Shown in pieces: positions 17,727 through 27,795 of a DNA stretch of 64,000 nt. Every line of letters starts with the position of its first letter. The first letter of the stretch is position 1. The position numbers were made by a program, and so were the translations under genes. The notes beneath the pieces are model-generated. The model was not told the DNA's origin and did no database searches. It was given only the letters and a program-made list of their open reading frames with translations. The stretch comes from an uncultured bacterium (lineage in GTDB: Bacteria; Verrucomicrobiota; Verrucomicrobiia; Verrucomicrobiales; DEV007): the NCBI GenBank assembly GCA_963977015.1, contig CAXBMO010000026.1, positions 25,784 to 89,783 of the forward strand, read 5' to 3'.

Positions 17727-18374
17727 CTAAGCCTCCGGTGTCCCCGCTACCTTGATCGGAGCAGGAACTCCCATTTCGCGCGGTTGGGTGTCGAAAACGT
17801 AGACGTCGAGAACGGCTTTGACGCGGGCGAAGACTTCGCGGATCCGGCTTTTGGCGGATTGATGGACATCGACACCGGGCGCGGCAAAGCCGACGACGTG
17901 GTGCTTGTGATGCGAGGCGAGAAAAACGGCCCGGGTGACGTGAAAATCGTCGGTGATGATGGTGTAATGCTCCTGGCCGAAGATCTTGTTGGCCCGGACG
18001 ACGGAATCGAGCGTGCGAAAGCCGGATTCGTCCTGCGTGATGGCGGTATCGGGGACGCCAAGCTTGCCCAGTGCCGTTTGCATGTCCTTCGGTTCGTTGT
18101 AATAACGAGAATTATTGGAGCCACTCACCAATAGATGCTGCACCTTTCCCATTTTGAAGAGCTCCGCCGCCGCATTGACGCGAGTCGTGAAATGGGCGTT
18201 GGGCCGATTGGGGCCGACATTCTTGGAGGTGCCCAAAACGACCCCCACCGCGTTTTCCGGAACTTCGTCGGGAGACCGAAACACTTTGTCCTGCGTAGAA
18301 AGTGAGACCAGTAGGTTGCAAAAGATGACAAAACCAGCCAACAACAGGAACGGGATGGCGAGAAGGCTCACCAT
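17727..18374 (-). CDS. sanA: SanA/DUF218 (ElyC/SanA) family protein
   Basis: VGVVLGTSK, LLVSGSNNSRYYNEPKDM, GFRTLDSVVRA, FHVTRA, REVFARVKAVLD. Start uncertain. Confidence 0.8.
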   Translation of the reverse strand: MVSLLAIPFLLLAGFVIFCNLLVSLSTQDKVFRSPDEVPENAVGVVLGTSKNVGPNRPNAHFTTRVNAAAELFKMGKVQHLLVSGSNNSRYYNEPKDMQTALGKLGVPDTAITQDESGFRTLDSVVRANKIFGQEHYTIITDDFHVTRAVFLASHHKHHVVGFAAPGVDVHQSAKSRIREVFARVKAVLDVYVFDTQPREMGVPAPIKVAGTPEA

Positions 18375-18539
18375 CTTTCCAGATTTTCGGCGTATTTTGT
18401 TTTCGGCGGCCACGAGTGCAAGGTGATGAGCATCCTCCCAACCGAATTCGGAGGAACCAGCGTTGAGGCTGTTGCTCGAAAAATTTACACGGTCTGGATT
18501 CGTTGTCATGCCTAAATCAAAGGTCCGTCAAAACCAGTT

Positions 18540-20264
18540 TTGAACACGATTGTCCGTATTTTCAGTTACTTGAAGCGCTATCCCGGGTTGGCGACGGCGC
18601 AGTTGTTTTGCGCCGTGGCGGCGACGGTGATGGTGGTGATTTTCCCAAAAATTATAGCGATTATCATCGATGACGTCATCGCGCAGGAGCAGCGGGAACT
18701 GCTTTGGCCGATGATCTGGCTCGCGGCCGGCTCGTTCCTCGTCCGTGAGGTTTTCGATTCACTGCGGATTCAGCTTAATAATACGTTTGAGCAGCGCATC
18801 ATATTCGATCTGCGCAGCGACCTCTACGAGCACATCCAAAAGCTGCCGCTCCAGTGGTTCGACAACCATCCGACCGGCGACACGATGACCTGCGTGAGCG
18901 AGGATGTGCAAAGCATGGAGCGCGTCTTGATCGACGGGATTGAGCAGGGGCTGATTTCCATTCTGCAGATCGCGATCGTCGGAACGATGCTCTTTTTGAC
19001 GAATGCGGCGCTGGCGTGGGCCACCTTGATTCCGCTGCCGTTCCTCATCGGAGGAGCCATCATTTACACCCGTGGCCGGAAGCGATACAGCATCGTTCGA
19101 CGAGTTACGGGCGAGATGAACAGCCTGTTGCACGACAACATTGCCGGGATTCGCCAGATCAAAGCCTACGCGCTCGAGGAAAGCGAACACCGCGCGTTCA
19201 ACAAGGCGAGCGAAGCGGTGCGGCAGGCGACGCTCAAGGTGATGCGGGCCTGGGCAATCTACAAACCCGGAATGTCGTTCTTCAACTCGATTGGACGCGT
19301 CATCGTTCTGGGATTTGGCGCGTTTCTCGTTTTTGACGGGAAAATGGAGGTTGGCGAGTTGGCGGCGTTTCTCTATCTCGTCACCTTGTTCTTTTACGAG
19401 CCAATCACCCGGCTCCATCAGCTCAATCAACTCGTGCAATCCGGACTGGCCGCGGCCGAGCGGGTCTTCGGTGTTCTCGATTCCGATCCCGAAGTGAGTC
19501 TGGAGTCCGGGGAAAAAATCGAGAAGGTGACCGGTCACGTGGTTTACGACAATGTGGGGTTTTCCTACACCGGGCGGCAGTCGACCTTGACGGGCGTGAG
19601 CCTGGAAGCAAAGCCGGGGCAGACGATCGCGTTGGTCGGTTCCACCGGGGCCGGAAAGTCGACCGTCATCAACTTGCTGGCGCGGTTTTACGAGCCGGAT
19701 GCGGGGTTGATCACCATCGATGGAACGGACATTCGCAGCTTCAGCAAGCGCGCGCTGCGCTCGAAGATCGGCTACGTGACGCAGGAAAGTTTCCTCTTCA
19801 ACGGCAGCGTCCGCGACAACCTTCTCATCGCGAAACGCGAGGGAACCGAGGAGGAATTCTGGGAAGCGCTCCGGATCGCGAATGCGGCGGGATTTGTCGA
19901 GCGCCTTCCCGAGCAACTCGAAACCAATGTCGGCGAGCGCGGGGTGAAGCTGAGCGTCGGCGAAAAGCAGCGCATCTCCATCGCGCGCGCCCTCTTGAAA
20001 AATCCCCCGATTCTCCTGCTCGACGAAGCCACGGCCAGCGTCGACACCGAAACGGAGCGGCTCATTCAGGAAGCGCTGGAGAAACTGATGGTCAATCGCA
20101 CCAGTTTCGTCATCGCCCATCGCCTTTCCACGGTTCGCAATGCCGACTGCATCTACGTTCTCGATCACGGAAAGATCATCGAGCAAGGCACGCACGATGA
20201 ACTCCTGGCGCAGGACGGCGAATACGCGAAGTTGAGCAAAACCGCGTTTTTGGAAGTCGAGTGA
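18540..20264 (+). CDS. ABC exporter, fused permease/ATPase (MsbA-like)
   Basis: TM domain plus GSTGAGKST Walker A, LSVGEKQR signature, LLLDEATA Walker B, IAHRLST. Confidence 0.93.
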   Translation: MNTIVRIFSYLKRYPGLATAQLFCAVAATVMVVIFPKIIAIIIDDVIAQEQRELLWPMIWLAAGSFLVREVFDSLRIQLNNTFEQRIIFDLRSDLYEHIQKLPLQWFDNHPTGDTMTCVSEDVQSMERVLIDGIEQGLISILQIAIVGTMLFLTNAALAWATLIPLPFLIGGAIIYTRGRKRYSIVRRVTGEMNSLLHDNIAGIRQIKAYALEESEHRAFNKASEAVRQATLKVMRAWAIYKPGMSFFNSIGRVIVLGFGAFLVFDGKMEVGELAAFLYLVTLFFYEPITRLHQLNQLVQSGLAAAERVFGVLDSDPEVSLESGEKIEKVTGHVVYDNVGFSYTGRQSTLTGVSLEAKPGQTIALVGSTGAGKSTVINLLARFYEPDAGLITIDGTDIRSFSKRALRSKIGYVTQESFLFNGSVRDNLLIAKREGTEEEFWEALRIANAAGFVERLPEQLETNVGERGVKLSVGEKQRISIARALLKNPPILLLDEATASVDTETERLIQEALEKLMVNRTSFVIAHRLSTVRNADCIYVLDHGKIIEQGTHDELLAQDGEYAKLSKTAFLEVE

Positions 20265-20283
20265 CGCTTCGCTCGACTTTTTC
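20254..20283 (+). terminator. Probable intrinsic terminator after the ABC exporter
   Basis: Stem AAGTCGAGTGA / TCGCTCGACTT followed by a T-run, overlapping the stop codon. Confidence 0.55.
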
Positions 20284-20319
20284 GTCTTACTTGTGCGAAG
20301 GTTGTCCGTTGCGTTCCCA

Positions 20320-21396
20320 ATGAATCTGTTTTCCTCAGTATTGGCCCTTTTCAGTTGCTTCCTGGTGCTTGGAGCGAGCGCTGAACCGCGGACCTACTAC
20401 CTCTCGGATTCTCAGTGGGCGCACCTCGCTGCGGGGGAGGTGAGGCTGCTCGAGCGGAAGAGCGAGGAGAGTGGCGGAAATCTCTTCGATCCGCTGTTTG
20501 CCGCCGGTTTCATGGGTTCGCGGCTGGTGGAGGGCGGGATTCCCGTGAGCAACGTCGAGTTTTCGTCTCCCTACGAGATGACGGTGGAGGCGACACCGGA
20601 GGCGCACGAGAAGCTGGCGGTCGTGCTCGAATTCCTGAACCAATCGGTCACCGCGATTTTGATCAAGACGACCGTGTTTGCGATTCCGCTCGAACTCCTG
20701 GCGGATGAGCGGCTCAAATTCACAACCGGAGACTCGCCCTTCTCCAAGGTCGTGGTTTCCGGCGAGGAAGCCGCCGAATTGCGAAAAACCCTGCAGGAAA
20801 TCGAGGGCGTCGATCTTCTTTCCGCACCGACGGTGACCGCGCGGAGTGCACAACGGGCCAAGGTGGAGGTGGTTCGTGAATTGGTGTTTCCGAGCGAATT
20901 TGACCCGCCTCAAATCGCGGATGAAGACGCCGAATCCGAGATTCCCGTGGTCCCGGCTCAGCCGCGCGCGTTTGAATCGCGGAACATCGGGCTGACCTGC
21001 AACTTCTCGCCCCGCCTGGAGCTGGATGGCTCCATCAACCTGGATATGGCGATGGATGATACGCGCTTCCTCGGGTTTGTGAACTACGGCAGCCCGATCT
21101 CCAAAGCCGCCAAAGGCAAAATTCTGAGGCGGCCCAAGGCGGTGGTGATGACCGAGAACCGGATGGAGATGCCGGTGTTCAATACGCGTCGCTTTGAGGG
21201 ATCGGTCCGGCTTCCCATCGGTGGCAACGTGATCGTCGGCGGAATGGCGCACGAGGAGGTCGTGGAGGTGACGGAAGGCCGGGAATTCCCGTTGATCGGC
21301 AAGAAGCGCAGTTGGATGGACTCGACCAAAAGCGCGCTCTTTTTCCTCATCAACGTTTCCGTGGTTGATGCCGGGGGCAAGCCGGTCAAGCCTTAG
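20320..21396 (+). CDS. Short secretin (T2SS/T4P outer-membrane secretin family, Verrucomicrobia-type)
   Basis: Signal peptide; DLLSAPTVTARSAQRAKVEVVRELVFPSEFDPPQI, FESRNIGL, FLGFVNYGSPI, MPVFNTRR, VIVGG, ALFFLINVSVVD. Confidence 0.75.
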   Translation: MNLFSSVLALFSCFLVLGASAEPRTYYLSDSQWAHLAAGEVRLLERKSEESGGNLFDPLFAAGFMGSRLVEGGIPVSNVEFSSPYEMTVEATPEAHEKLAVVLEFLNQSVTAILIKTTVFAIPLELLADERLKFTTGDSPFSKVVVSGEEAAELRKTLQEIEGVDLLSAPTVTARSAQRAKVEVVRELVFPSEFDPPQIADEDAESEIPVVPAQPRAFESRNIGLTCNFSPRLELDGSINLDMAMDDTRFLGFVNYGSPISKAAKGKILRRPKAVVMTENRMEMPVFNTRRFEGSVRLPIGGNVIVGGMAHEEVVEVTEGREFPLIGKKRSWMDSTKSALFFLINVSVVDAGGKPVKP

Positions 21397-21399
21397 CGA

Positions 21400-22299
21400 A
21401 TGAGCATCGCTTATCTGGGGAAGCACCCCGTGACGTTTGGCTTTCAGGCCGCGCAAAAACTGGGGAAAACCGGCAAGATGGTCGGCTGCGGTTCTCACGC
21501 GGAGGTTTATGAGGCCGTGGCCAATGGGGAAGCGGATTTGGGAATCCTCGCGCTCGAAAACCAGTTGGCCGGAATCGTCGATGAATCGACTCATGCGGTG
21601 ATCGATCCGATTCTGACCCAGTCCAAGCCCCTTTCCAAGAGTGACACCATCGTCCGGATCGCCCGGGAAGTCACGGTGCCGGTCGAGCTCTATCTCATGA
21701 ACCAAAGCGGCAAAATCGAGGATATTCGGCAAATCCGGACGCATCCCGTGCCGATGCGTCAATCCCGCGGGCGCTTGGACGAATTGAGCCTCGGCGCCAG
21801 GTTCAGTCGCGAGACGTGTCTCAGCACGGATGCCGCGGCTGAGGCGGCGAGTGAAGATCCGGAAGTCGCGGCGATTGCCTCCAAACTCGCCCCGAGCGGC
21901 TACCCGAATCTCAAGGTGATTCAGCGGATCGACGATCCCATTCCGAACGCCAACTACGAGAACGTGACCCGCTTCTGGGTGATCGAGAAACACCCCGGCG
22001 GCACGATCCTCGATCCGGAACTGGTCAAGGCAACGGGGTTAACCCACAAGATTTGCCTGCTGTTTAATCTGGAGCGCGACGAGTCGGGCGGCTTGGCCCG
22101 GTCGCTGCAGGTCTTCGCCGAAAACGGAATCAACCTTGCGATGATCTTCTCCCTTCCGCGGCGGGACCGATCCTGGGAATACACCTTCGTGCTCGAGTTC
22201 GAGGTGGAGGCCGCCGACATCGATCGCGCCGCTTCCGCGTTGGAGGCGTTGGGCGAGTTTGACGACTTCACCCTGCTTGGGATCTACCCAAAGGCGTAG
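21400..22299 (+). CDS. Stand-alone prephenate dehydratase-like protein (PDT + ACT)
   Basis: IAYLG, LENQLAGIV, THPVPMRQ, STDAAA, NVTRFWVI, C-terminal ACT (GGLARSLQVFAENGINL...WEYTF...LLGIYP); no chorismate mutase domain. Confidence 0.75.
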   Translation: MSIAYLGKHPVTFGFQAAQKLGKTGKMVGCGSHAEVYEAVANGEADLGILALENQLAGIVDESTHAVIDPILTQSKPLSKSDTIVRIAREVTVPVELYLMNQSGKIEDIRQIRTHPVPMRQSRGRLDELSLGARFSRETCLSTDAAAEAASEDPEVAAIASKLAPSGYPNLKVIQRIDDPIPNANYENVTRFWVIEKHPGGTILDPELVKATGLTHKICLLFNLERDESGGLARSLQVFAENGINLAMIFSLPRRDRSWEYTFVLEFEVEAADIDRAASALEALGEFDDFTLLGIYPKA

Positions 22300-22301
22300 A
22301 G

Positions 22302-23741
22302 CTACAACGCTTTCAGCTCTCCCAGCATCTCCAGCAGGTTCTCGGTCAGCTTGACGGAGGAATCCGGAACAAAGCGCGAAGTCCCCAGCCACGTTTCATA
22401 GCCGCCGAGTTTGTGCTGATTGGGAGGTGGCAGATAACCGTAGCCGCCGTTGGCGAGTTCGATCATGAAGGTGTGGGGGAAAGGGCTCTTCTCCTTGATC
22501 TCGAGCCCTATCTCGACCAGCACCTCAAACGGAAGCGAGACGATGGCCTGGTCGCCGATGCGGATGGCTTGGACGATCACGCTCTCGGTGCGGTCGGGTT
22601 CATCGTGACGCAGGGTGGCGTTGGCGTAACCCTCGGCCTTGTGGTGCAGCCCCTCGCGCTCCTTGCGTGACAGGCCCAGGAGTTTCCTTGCATACTCGAC
22701 CTGCTCTTCGGTGGCCGTGCGATAGTCGAGCACCACCTCACGTTGCCGCATCGCGACCACCGGGTTTTCGTCGTAAGTCTCGATTTTTTTGACCGCTCGC
22801 CAGGCTGCGTCGGCGGCCTTGTTCGCGACCACGCGCACCTGTTCAAATGGCGAACGAGGGGCGCGGGTGCGATCGAAGTCAATATTGTTGATGTCGCCGC
22901 TCGATCCGTTCGTCATCATCGCGACGAAGTTCTCGGGTGGTCGCGACCCGCCCACGCGATACGGCATGATGCGGGCAAACTCCCCAAAATAGTCAGCCGA
23001 AGCCATCCCGTATTCCTTTCCGTCGTCCGCGTAAACCTTCGGGATTCCGCCGACGTAGTGCAGCGCGTAATTGGCGATGAGGCCGAGCGCTTTGCCGCGA
23101 CTGGTGCGCACATCCACGACACAGATTTCCGGATCCGTTGGCCCCGCGGGCTTCACGATTTTGTCGCGCGGCGGATTCATGCGGACCGCGTCCAGCTTCC
23201 CAAACGGGTTGGGATCCATCGCCCCCGGTTCAAGATACCAGCGGCGATTGTAAACCTCGGAAGGTTCTTCATCCGAGGCAAAACCGACCTTGGCAGGCTC
23301 CAGCGATTCAATCGCCGCGATCATCGCCTTGACCAGTCCGGTGCTGCGACGCTCCTCATAGGCAATGCGGCCGGGAGAGGTGTCGCCGCCTTTGGGCGTG
23401 GAATGCGAGTGGGTTCCGGAGACGAGCATCTGCTCCGGCTTCCAGCCCGTTTTTTTGGCGACTTCCAGCTTGGCCGCGTCGGTCATCTCCCGCCCGACTC
23501 CAATGGCATCCATCAACGCGATCAATGCGCGCCCTTCCCCGTTTTCAAACGCGACCGCCCGCACATGGAGCGGGTCATGAACGTACTCCGAAGGGCCGGA
23601 GCGCAATTGAAAGGGCGTGACGGTTGGTGAAATATCGACTGCGGCAGTGCCGGCTCGAAAACCAGTGGATTCCTGGGCAAACGTGGACGCAACACATCCA
23701 AGTCCGGCCCAAAGCCAGACCAACAAGAGGGGGTTTTTCAT
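22302..23741 (-). CDS. Secreted neutral/alkaline ceramidase-like protein
   Basis: Signal peptide; FRAGTAAVDISP, HDPLHVRAV, SGTHSHSTP, NYALHY, SADYFG, LPFEV, ELANGGYGYLP, GGYE. Confidence 0.7.
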   Translation of the reverse strand: MKNPLLLVWLWAGLGCVASTFAQESTGFRAGTAAVDISPTVTPFQLRSGPSEYVHDPLHVRAVAFENGEGRALIALMDAIGVGREMTDAAKLEVAKKTGWKPEQMLVSGTHSHSTPKGGDTSPGRIAYEERRSTGLVKAMIAAIESLEPAKVGFASDEEPSEVYNRRWYLEPGAMDPNPFGKLDAVRMNPPRDKIVKPAGPTDPEICVVDVRTSRGKALGLIANYALHYVGGIPKVYADDGKEYGMASADYFGEFARIMPYRVGGSRPPENFVAMMTNGSSGDINNIDFDRTRAPRSPFEQVRVVANKAADAAWRAVKKIETYDENPVVAMRQREVVLDYRTATEEQVEYARKLLGLSRKEREGLHHKAEGYANATLRHDEPDRTESVIVQAIRIGDQAIVSLPFEVLVEIGLEIKEKSPFPHTFMIELANGGYGYLPPPNQHKLGGYETWLGTSRFVPDSSVKLTENLLEMLGELKAL

Positions 23742-23944
23742 AGAGGGTTTTGATCGGGGTTTCGCAACACCTCTCATCACGCAAGCGGGACGATGCAGTT
23801 TTCCGTTAAGAGAAAAAATCTCCAAATCAAAACCATTCTACGAAACAAGCCCTCAGCCCTGACGGCTTTCCATGGCGGAAAAGACGTAGGGTGGGGCTTT
23901 GGCCGTCGACAAGGCGACCGGTCGGTAGAATAGTCTGCGCTTCG

Positions 23945-25192
23945 TTAGAATTTGAAGCCGACCCATGCTCCAACGACGAAGGCGTCGTCGATGTCGCCCG
24001 TGCCACCGGGGTTCTGGATATATTGAACCGAAGGTTGGACGTAGAAGAAGTCGGTGAACTGAAGGCGGTGGCCCAGCTCGTAGACCAGTTCGTGGGAGAG
24101 GTTTTCGCCGATGGAGTCGCCAAAGTCGTCGCTCAGTTGGCCGTAGGTGGCGAAGAAGAAGGTGGTGTCGTCATCACGACCGGGAAAGAGCCCCTGGTAG
24201 TTGAGACCGGTGCTGACCTGCATCGGCGTCTTGGCGACCTCGTGTTGGTCGGAGTAGGAGATCATCCCGAAGGCTTTGAGGCCGTCGGCGACTTCCATTT
24301 CCCCGTGCAGGTAAGCGCGGAAGAGAAAGTCGGTGGTGGACTCTCCGTCGAAGTTGTCAAAATCGCGGAAGGAATTGATGGCACCGAGCATGAAGCGGGC
24401 GTCGCGTCCGTTGATTTGTGGAGTCCAGTCATACTGGGCGATGACGGAGACGCCGTCATCATCACCGAAACTGAAGTCAAGGCCGTTGGCGGTGAAGTCC
24501 CATTGGTCGGGACCCGTTTGGTAGGCGCCGAGCTGGAACTGGTGCTCGTCAGTGGCGTTGTATTTCAGGCGGCCGCCCCAGACCGGATAAGGGAAGGACG
24601 TGATGGAGTTCTCCAGGAGTGTGGCGCGAATGGGGCCGTTGATGGCGGTGCTGAGAGAGTAGCCGTAAAGGGGTGATTTCGCGAAGTCGGTGTCGGCGGA
24701 GACGCGTCCGAATTTAAGGGACCATTGGTCGTTGAACTGGGTTTCCAGAAAGAACTGATAGAGGTAGCTGACTTGTCCACCGAAGATCGTCATTGGGTCG
24801 TAGATGCCGCCGACCGAAGGGCTGATGCTGTCACCATGACGGTGAACGTAGGACATTTTCATCATGGTGCCTTGGATGCCGAAGAGCTTCTCAAGGTCGA
24901 GATCGAAGCCGCCGTAGACTTGCCCGGCAAATTCTTGGTCGGCTCGAATGCCGCCACTGACATTGGCGCCAAAGATGGTGTCATAATAGAGGAACGGCGT
25001 GATGCCATTATCAATCAGTTGAGGGCGTAGTCCGCCCCAATCTCCGGTGAGGTAGGCGCCGGAATCGAAGTCGGTGAGGTCGTCGGTAATTACGTTTTTC
25101 GCCAATGGGTCGCTGATTGGAGGGGCGTCTTGGCTGTGGGCCGGGAATATACCGGTGGCGAGGATGATTATTGCTATTGTTGAGGGTTTCAT
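23945..25192 (-). CDS. Carbohydrate-selective porin (OprB family)
   Basis: YLTGDWGGLRPQLIDNGI, LDLEKLFG, YPVWGGRL, VQPSVQYIQNPGG, terminal Phe. Confidence 0.88.
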   Translation of the reverse strand: MKPSTIAIIILATGIFPAHSQDAPPISDPLAKNVITDDLTDFDSGAYLTGDWGGLRPQLIDNGITPFLYYDTIFGANVSGGIRADQEFAGQVYGGFDLDLEKLFGIQGTMMKMSYVHRHGDSISPSVGGIYDPMTIFGGQVSYLYQFFLETQFNDQWSLKFGRVSADTDFAKSPLYGYSLSTAINGPIRATLLENSITSFPYPVWGGRLKYNATDEHQFQLGAYQTGPDQWDFTANGLDFSFGDDDGVSVIAQYDWTPQINGRDARFMLGAINSFRDFDNFDGESTTDFLFRAYLHGEMEVADGLKAFGMISYSDQHEVAKTPMQVSTGLNYQGLFPGRDDDTTFFFATYGQLSDDFGDSIGENLSHELVYELGHRLQFTDFFYVQPSVQYIQNPGGTGDIDDAFVVGAWVGFKF

Positions 25193-25304
25193 TGTTCTAT
25201 AGAGGAGGTTGTTGTAACGAACTGTGGGGAGTTTGTACATAGGATGGAGGGTCGCAATTTGCGACGCAGGGTTAGGGGGGGCGGTCACGAAGGTGGCGTG
25301 ACGC

Positions 25305-26801
25305 CTATACGCGACCGAAGAGCAGGGATTGCATCAAACGTGCAATGTCGGGATTGTTGTACAGGTCCTCGACCATTGGTACATATTGGCGAGTGAACGC
25401 TTCGCGTTCCGCCAAGTCGCCGAAGACCGATTGGACGGCGGGGAAGGCGGTCTTGTGATGAGGTGTTTCTGCTGCGGCGGCATGGAGTTCGGCTTTCAGG
25501 TCGTCGACGATGTCGAGCTTGACTCCAAGCCGGTCGGTTCCTTTGTCAGAGGAGTAACACCACGCGGCAATGGCGAGCGTGGCAAATTCCACGCTGCCGC
25601 CGCGATCGAGATTTTCAACGATGGTGGGGAGCAGGAACTTGGGTATTTTGGATGAACTTTGCAGACAGATTCGGGCGAGGTCGTCCTTGATGTAGGGATT
25701 TCCAAAACGCGCGATCAGGGAATCCTTGTAGTCGTCAAGATTGATCCCGTTCACCGGTTCAAGGATGGGCGTGACCTCAACGTCCATGAAGCGGCGGAGA
25801 TAGGTCGAGAACAGGGGGTCGGCCATGCAACTGTCGATGGTCGGATGCCCGTGGATGGAACCGAGAAGACCGAGCACCGAGTGACCGGCGTTGAGGAGCC
25901 GGATCTTCATCGTCTCGTAGGGAGTGACGTCGTCGACGAACTGGGCGCCGACGGTTTCCCATGATGGCCGGGAATCGGAGAAGTTGTCCTCGATCACCCA
26001 TTGGCAGAAGGGTTCGCAGGTGACCGGCCATTCGTCTCGAAGCCCGGTTTGCTCCTCGAGGGTTTTGATGTCGCCGGGAGTGGTGACCGGGGTGATGCGG
26101 TCGACCATGGCATTGGGGAAGGCGACGTTTTCCGTGATCCATTCGGCAAGATCTGGATCCTGTGCGGAAGCGAAGGCGAGGAGCATTTTTCGGGTAACGT
26201 CACCGTTGTGCTGAATATTGTCGCACGACTGAATGGTGAAGGCGGGGAGCCCTGACGCCCGGCGTTTGCGGAGTGCCTCGGTGAGGAAGCCGAAGGTGGT
26301 TTTCGGCGATTCCGGCGACGCGATGTCGTGTTGGATCTCAGGTTTGTCGATGATGAACTCGCCGGTGCCCGGGTCGAAGTTGTAGCCACCTTCGGTAATG
26401 GTGAGGGAGACGATTTTGGTCGTCTCAGCCGCCATGCGGTCCGTGACCGCAGCGGGGTCTTTGTCACCAAGCATGAAGTCGACGAGGGAGCCAATGACCC
26501 GGTTTTCGCATTCGCCGTTGGGATGCTTGACGATGAGGGTGTAAAGATAGTCCTGGCGTTTCAGAACGTCGGCAATCTTGTGGTCCGCCTCGCGGATGCC
26601 GACGCCGCAGATGCCCCAGTCGGTGGATCCGGATTGCTCCAGAAGGCGGTCGGTATAGTAGGCTTCATGGGAGCGGTGGAACCCGCCGACGCCGATGTGA
26701 ATGATACCGGGAGTGACTGCGGAGCGGTCGTATTCCGGACGTGCCACCGAGGCGGGAAGCCGACTGAGATTTCTTTGATTGAGAGAGAGGTGGTCGCTCA
26801 T
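25305..26801 (-). CDS. Mannitol 2-dehydrogenase family polyol dehydrogenase
   Basis: IIHIGVGGFHRSHEA, VSLTITEGGY, SCDNIQHNG, FPNAMVDRITP, KIRLLNAGHS; ATGA overlap with the permease stop. Confidence 0.9.
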   Translation of the reverse strand: MSDHLSLNQRNLSRLPASVARPEYDRSAVTPGIIHIGVGGFHRSHEAYYTDRLLEQSGSTDWGICGVGIREADHKIADVLKRQDYLYTLIVKHPNGECENRVIGSLVDFMLGDKDPAAVTDRMAAETTKIVSLTITEGGYNFDPGTGEFIIDKPEIQHDIASPESPKTTFGFLTEALRKRRASGLPAFTIQSCDNIQHNGDVTRKMLLAFASAQDPDLAEWITENVAFPNAMVDRITPVTTPGDIKTLEEQTGLRDEWPVTCEPFCQWVIEDNFSDSRPSWETVGAQFVDDVTPYETMKIRLLNAGHSVLGLLGSIHGHPTIDSCMADPLFSTYLRRFMDVEVTPILEPVNGINLDDYKDSLIARFGNPYIKDDLARICLQSSSKIPKFLLPTIVENLDRGGSVEFATLAIAAWCYSSDKGTDRLGVKLDIVDDLKAELHAAAAETPHHKTAFPAVQSVFGDLAEREAFTRQYVPMVEDLYNNPDIARLMQSLLFGRV

Positions 26802-27769
26802 ACTGTCTTGCGGTTTTGGAGGCAATCAAGGGCGACTGCGATCATGAGGACGGAACCTTTGATCACCATCTGGACAAACTGGCTGACGTCCATGAGGACG
26901 AGTCCGTTGCTGAGCACCCCGAGAATGAGAACGCCGGCGAGGACGTTGGAGATCTTCCCAACGCCGCCCGTGACGCTGACTCCGCCGAGCACGCAGGCGG
27001 TAAGGACATCAAACTCGAAGCCTTTTCCGGAGAGAACCTGGCCGGAATTGGTTCGCGAAAGGATGACGATCCCCGCGACTCCGGCGAAAAATCCGGAGAG
27101 GGTGTAGACGAGATACTTTACGCGCTTCACATCGATGCCGGAAAGTTTGGCGGCTTCCTCATTGCCACCCACGGCGTAGAAGTAGCGGCCGAAGAAGGTC
27201 TTGCCGAGGATGAAACTCCCGAGCGCCATGATGACAGCCATGATGATCACCGGGATGGGAATGGGGCCGACATATCCCTGACCGATGACGGCGAAGGATT
27301 TCGGGAATCCGTAAATCGGCAGGCCGTCGCAGATGAGGTAGGCAACCCCTTCGATGATGATCAGCATGGCGAGGGTGACGATGATCGGAGGCATCTTGAG
27401 GTTGGCGATAATCCAGCCGTTGGAAAAGCCGATTCCTGCGGAGAGAAGCAGGGCTGCGGAGACGGCCAGGACCGGGCTCCAATTGGCATTCACCATGAGT
27501 GAGGCTGCAAAAATGTTAACCAGCGTAATGAGTGATCCGACGGAGAGGTCGATGCCGCCGAGGAGGAGGACGAAGGCAAAGCCGACGGCGGTGATGCCCA
27601 ACATGGACACCTGGCGTGCGACGTTGAGCAGGTTGTTGCCGACAAGGAAGTTCTCTGAAGCGATCGAAAAGAAGATGATAAGGATGAGGAGGACGATGTA
27701 GATGCCGTATTGTTTGGCAAAGGCGAGTCCGGCGTTCCCGGCGAGGTTTAAGTTGGAAGTTAGTTTCAT
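26798..27769 (-). CDS. Sugar/polyol ABC transporter permease (RbsC-like)
   Basis: GGIDLSVGS, FGRYFYAVGGNEEAAKLSGI, VLGGVSVTGG. Confidence 0.92.
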   Translation of the reverse strand: MKLTSNLNLAGNAGLAFAKQYGIYIVLLILIIFFSIASENFLVGNNLLNVARQVSMLGITAVGFAFVLLLGGIDLSVGSLITLVNIFAASLMVNANWSPVLAVSAALLLSAGIGFSNGWIIANLKMPPIIVTLAMLIIIEGVAYLICDGLPIYGFPKSFAVIGQGYVGPIPIPVIIMAVIMALGSFILGKTFFGRYFYAVGGNEEAAKLSGIDVKRVKYLVYTLSGFFAGVAGIVILSRTNSGQVLSGKGFEFDVLTACVLGGVSVTGGVGKISNVLAGVLILGVLSNGLVLMDVSQFVQMVIKGSVLMIAVALDCLQNRKTV

Positions 27770-27795
27770 TGCGAGTTTTTTTGGGAGACTGGGGT

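Noticed and set aside
23885-25305. REP-like fragments flanking the porin gene (GTAGGGTGGG at ~23886; GTCACG-N7-CGTGAC hairpin at ~25284)
   Set aside because: Short, single and dissimilar to each other; a repeat family cannot be established from this window.
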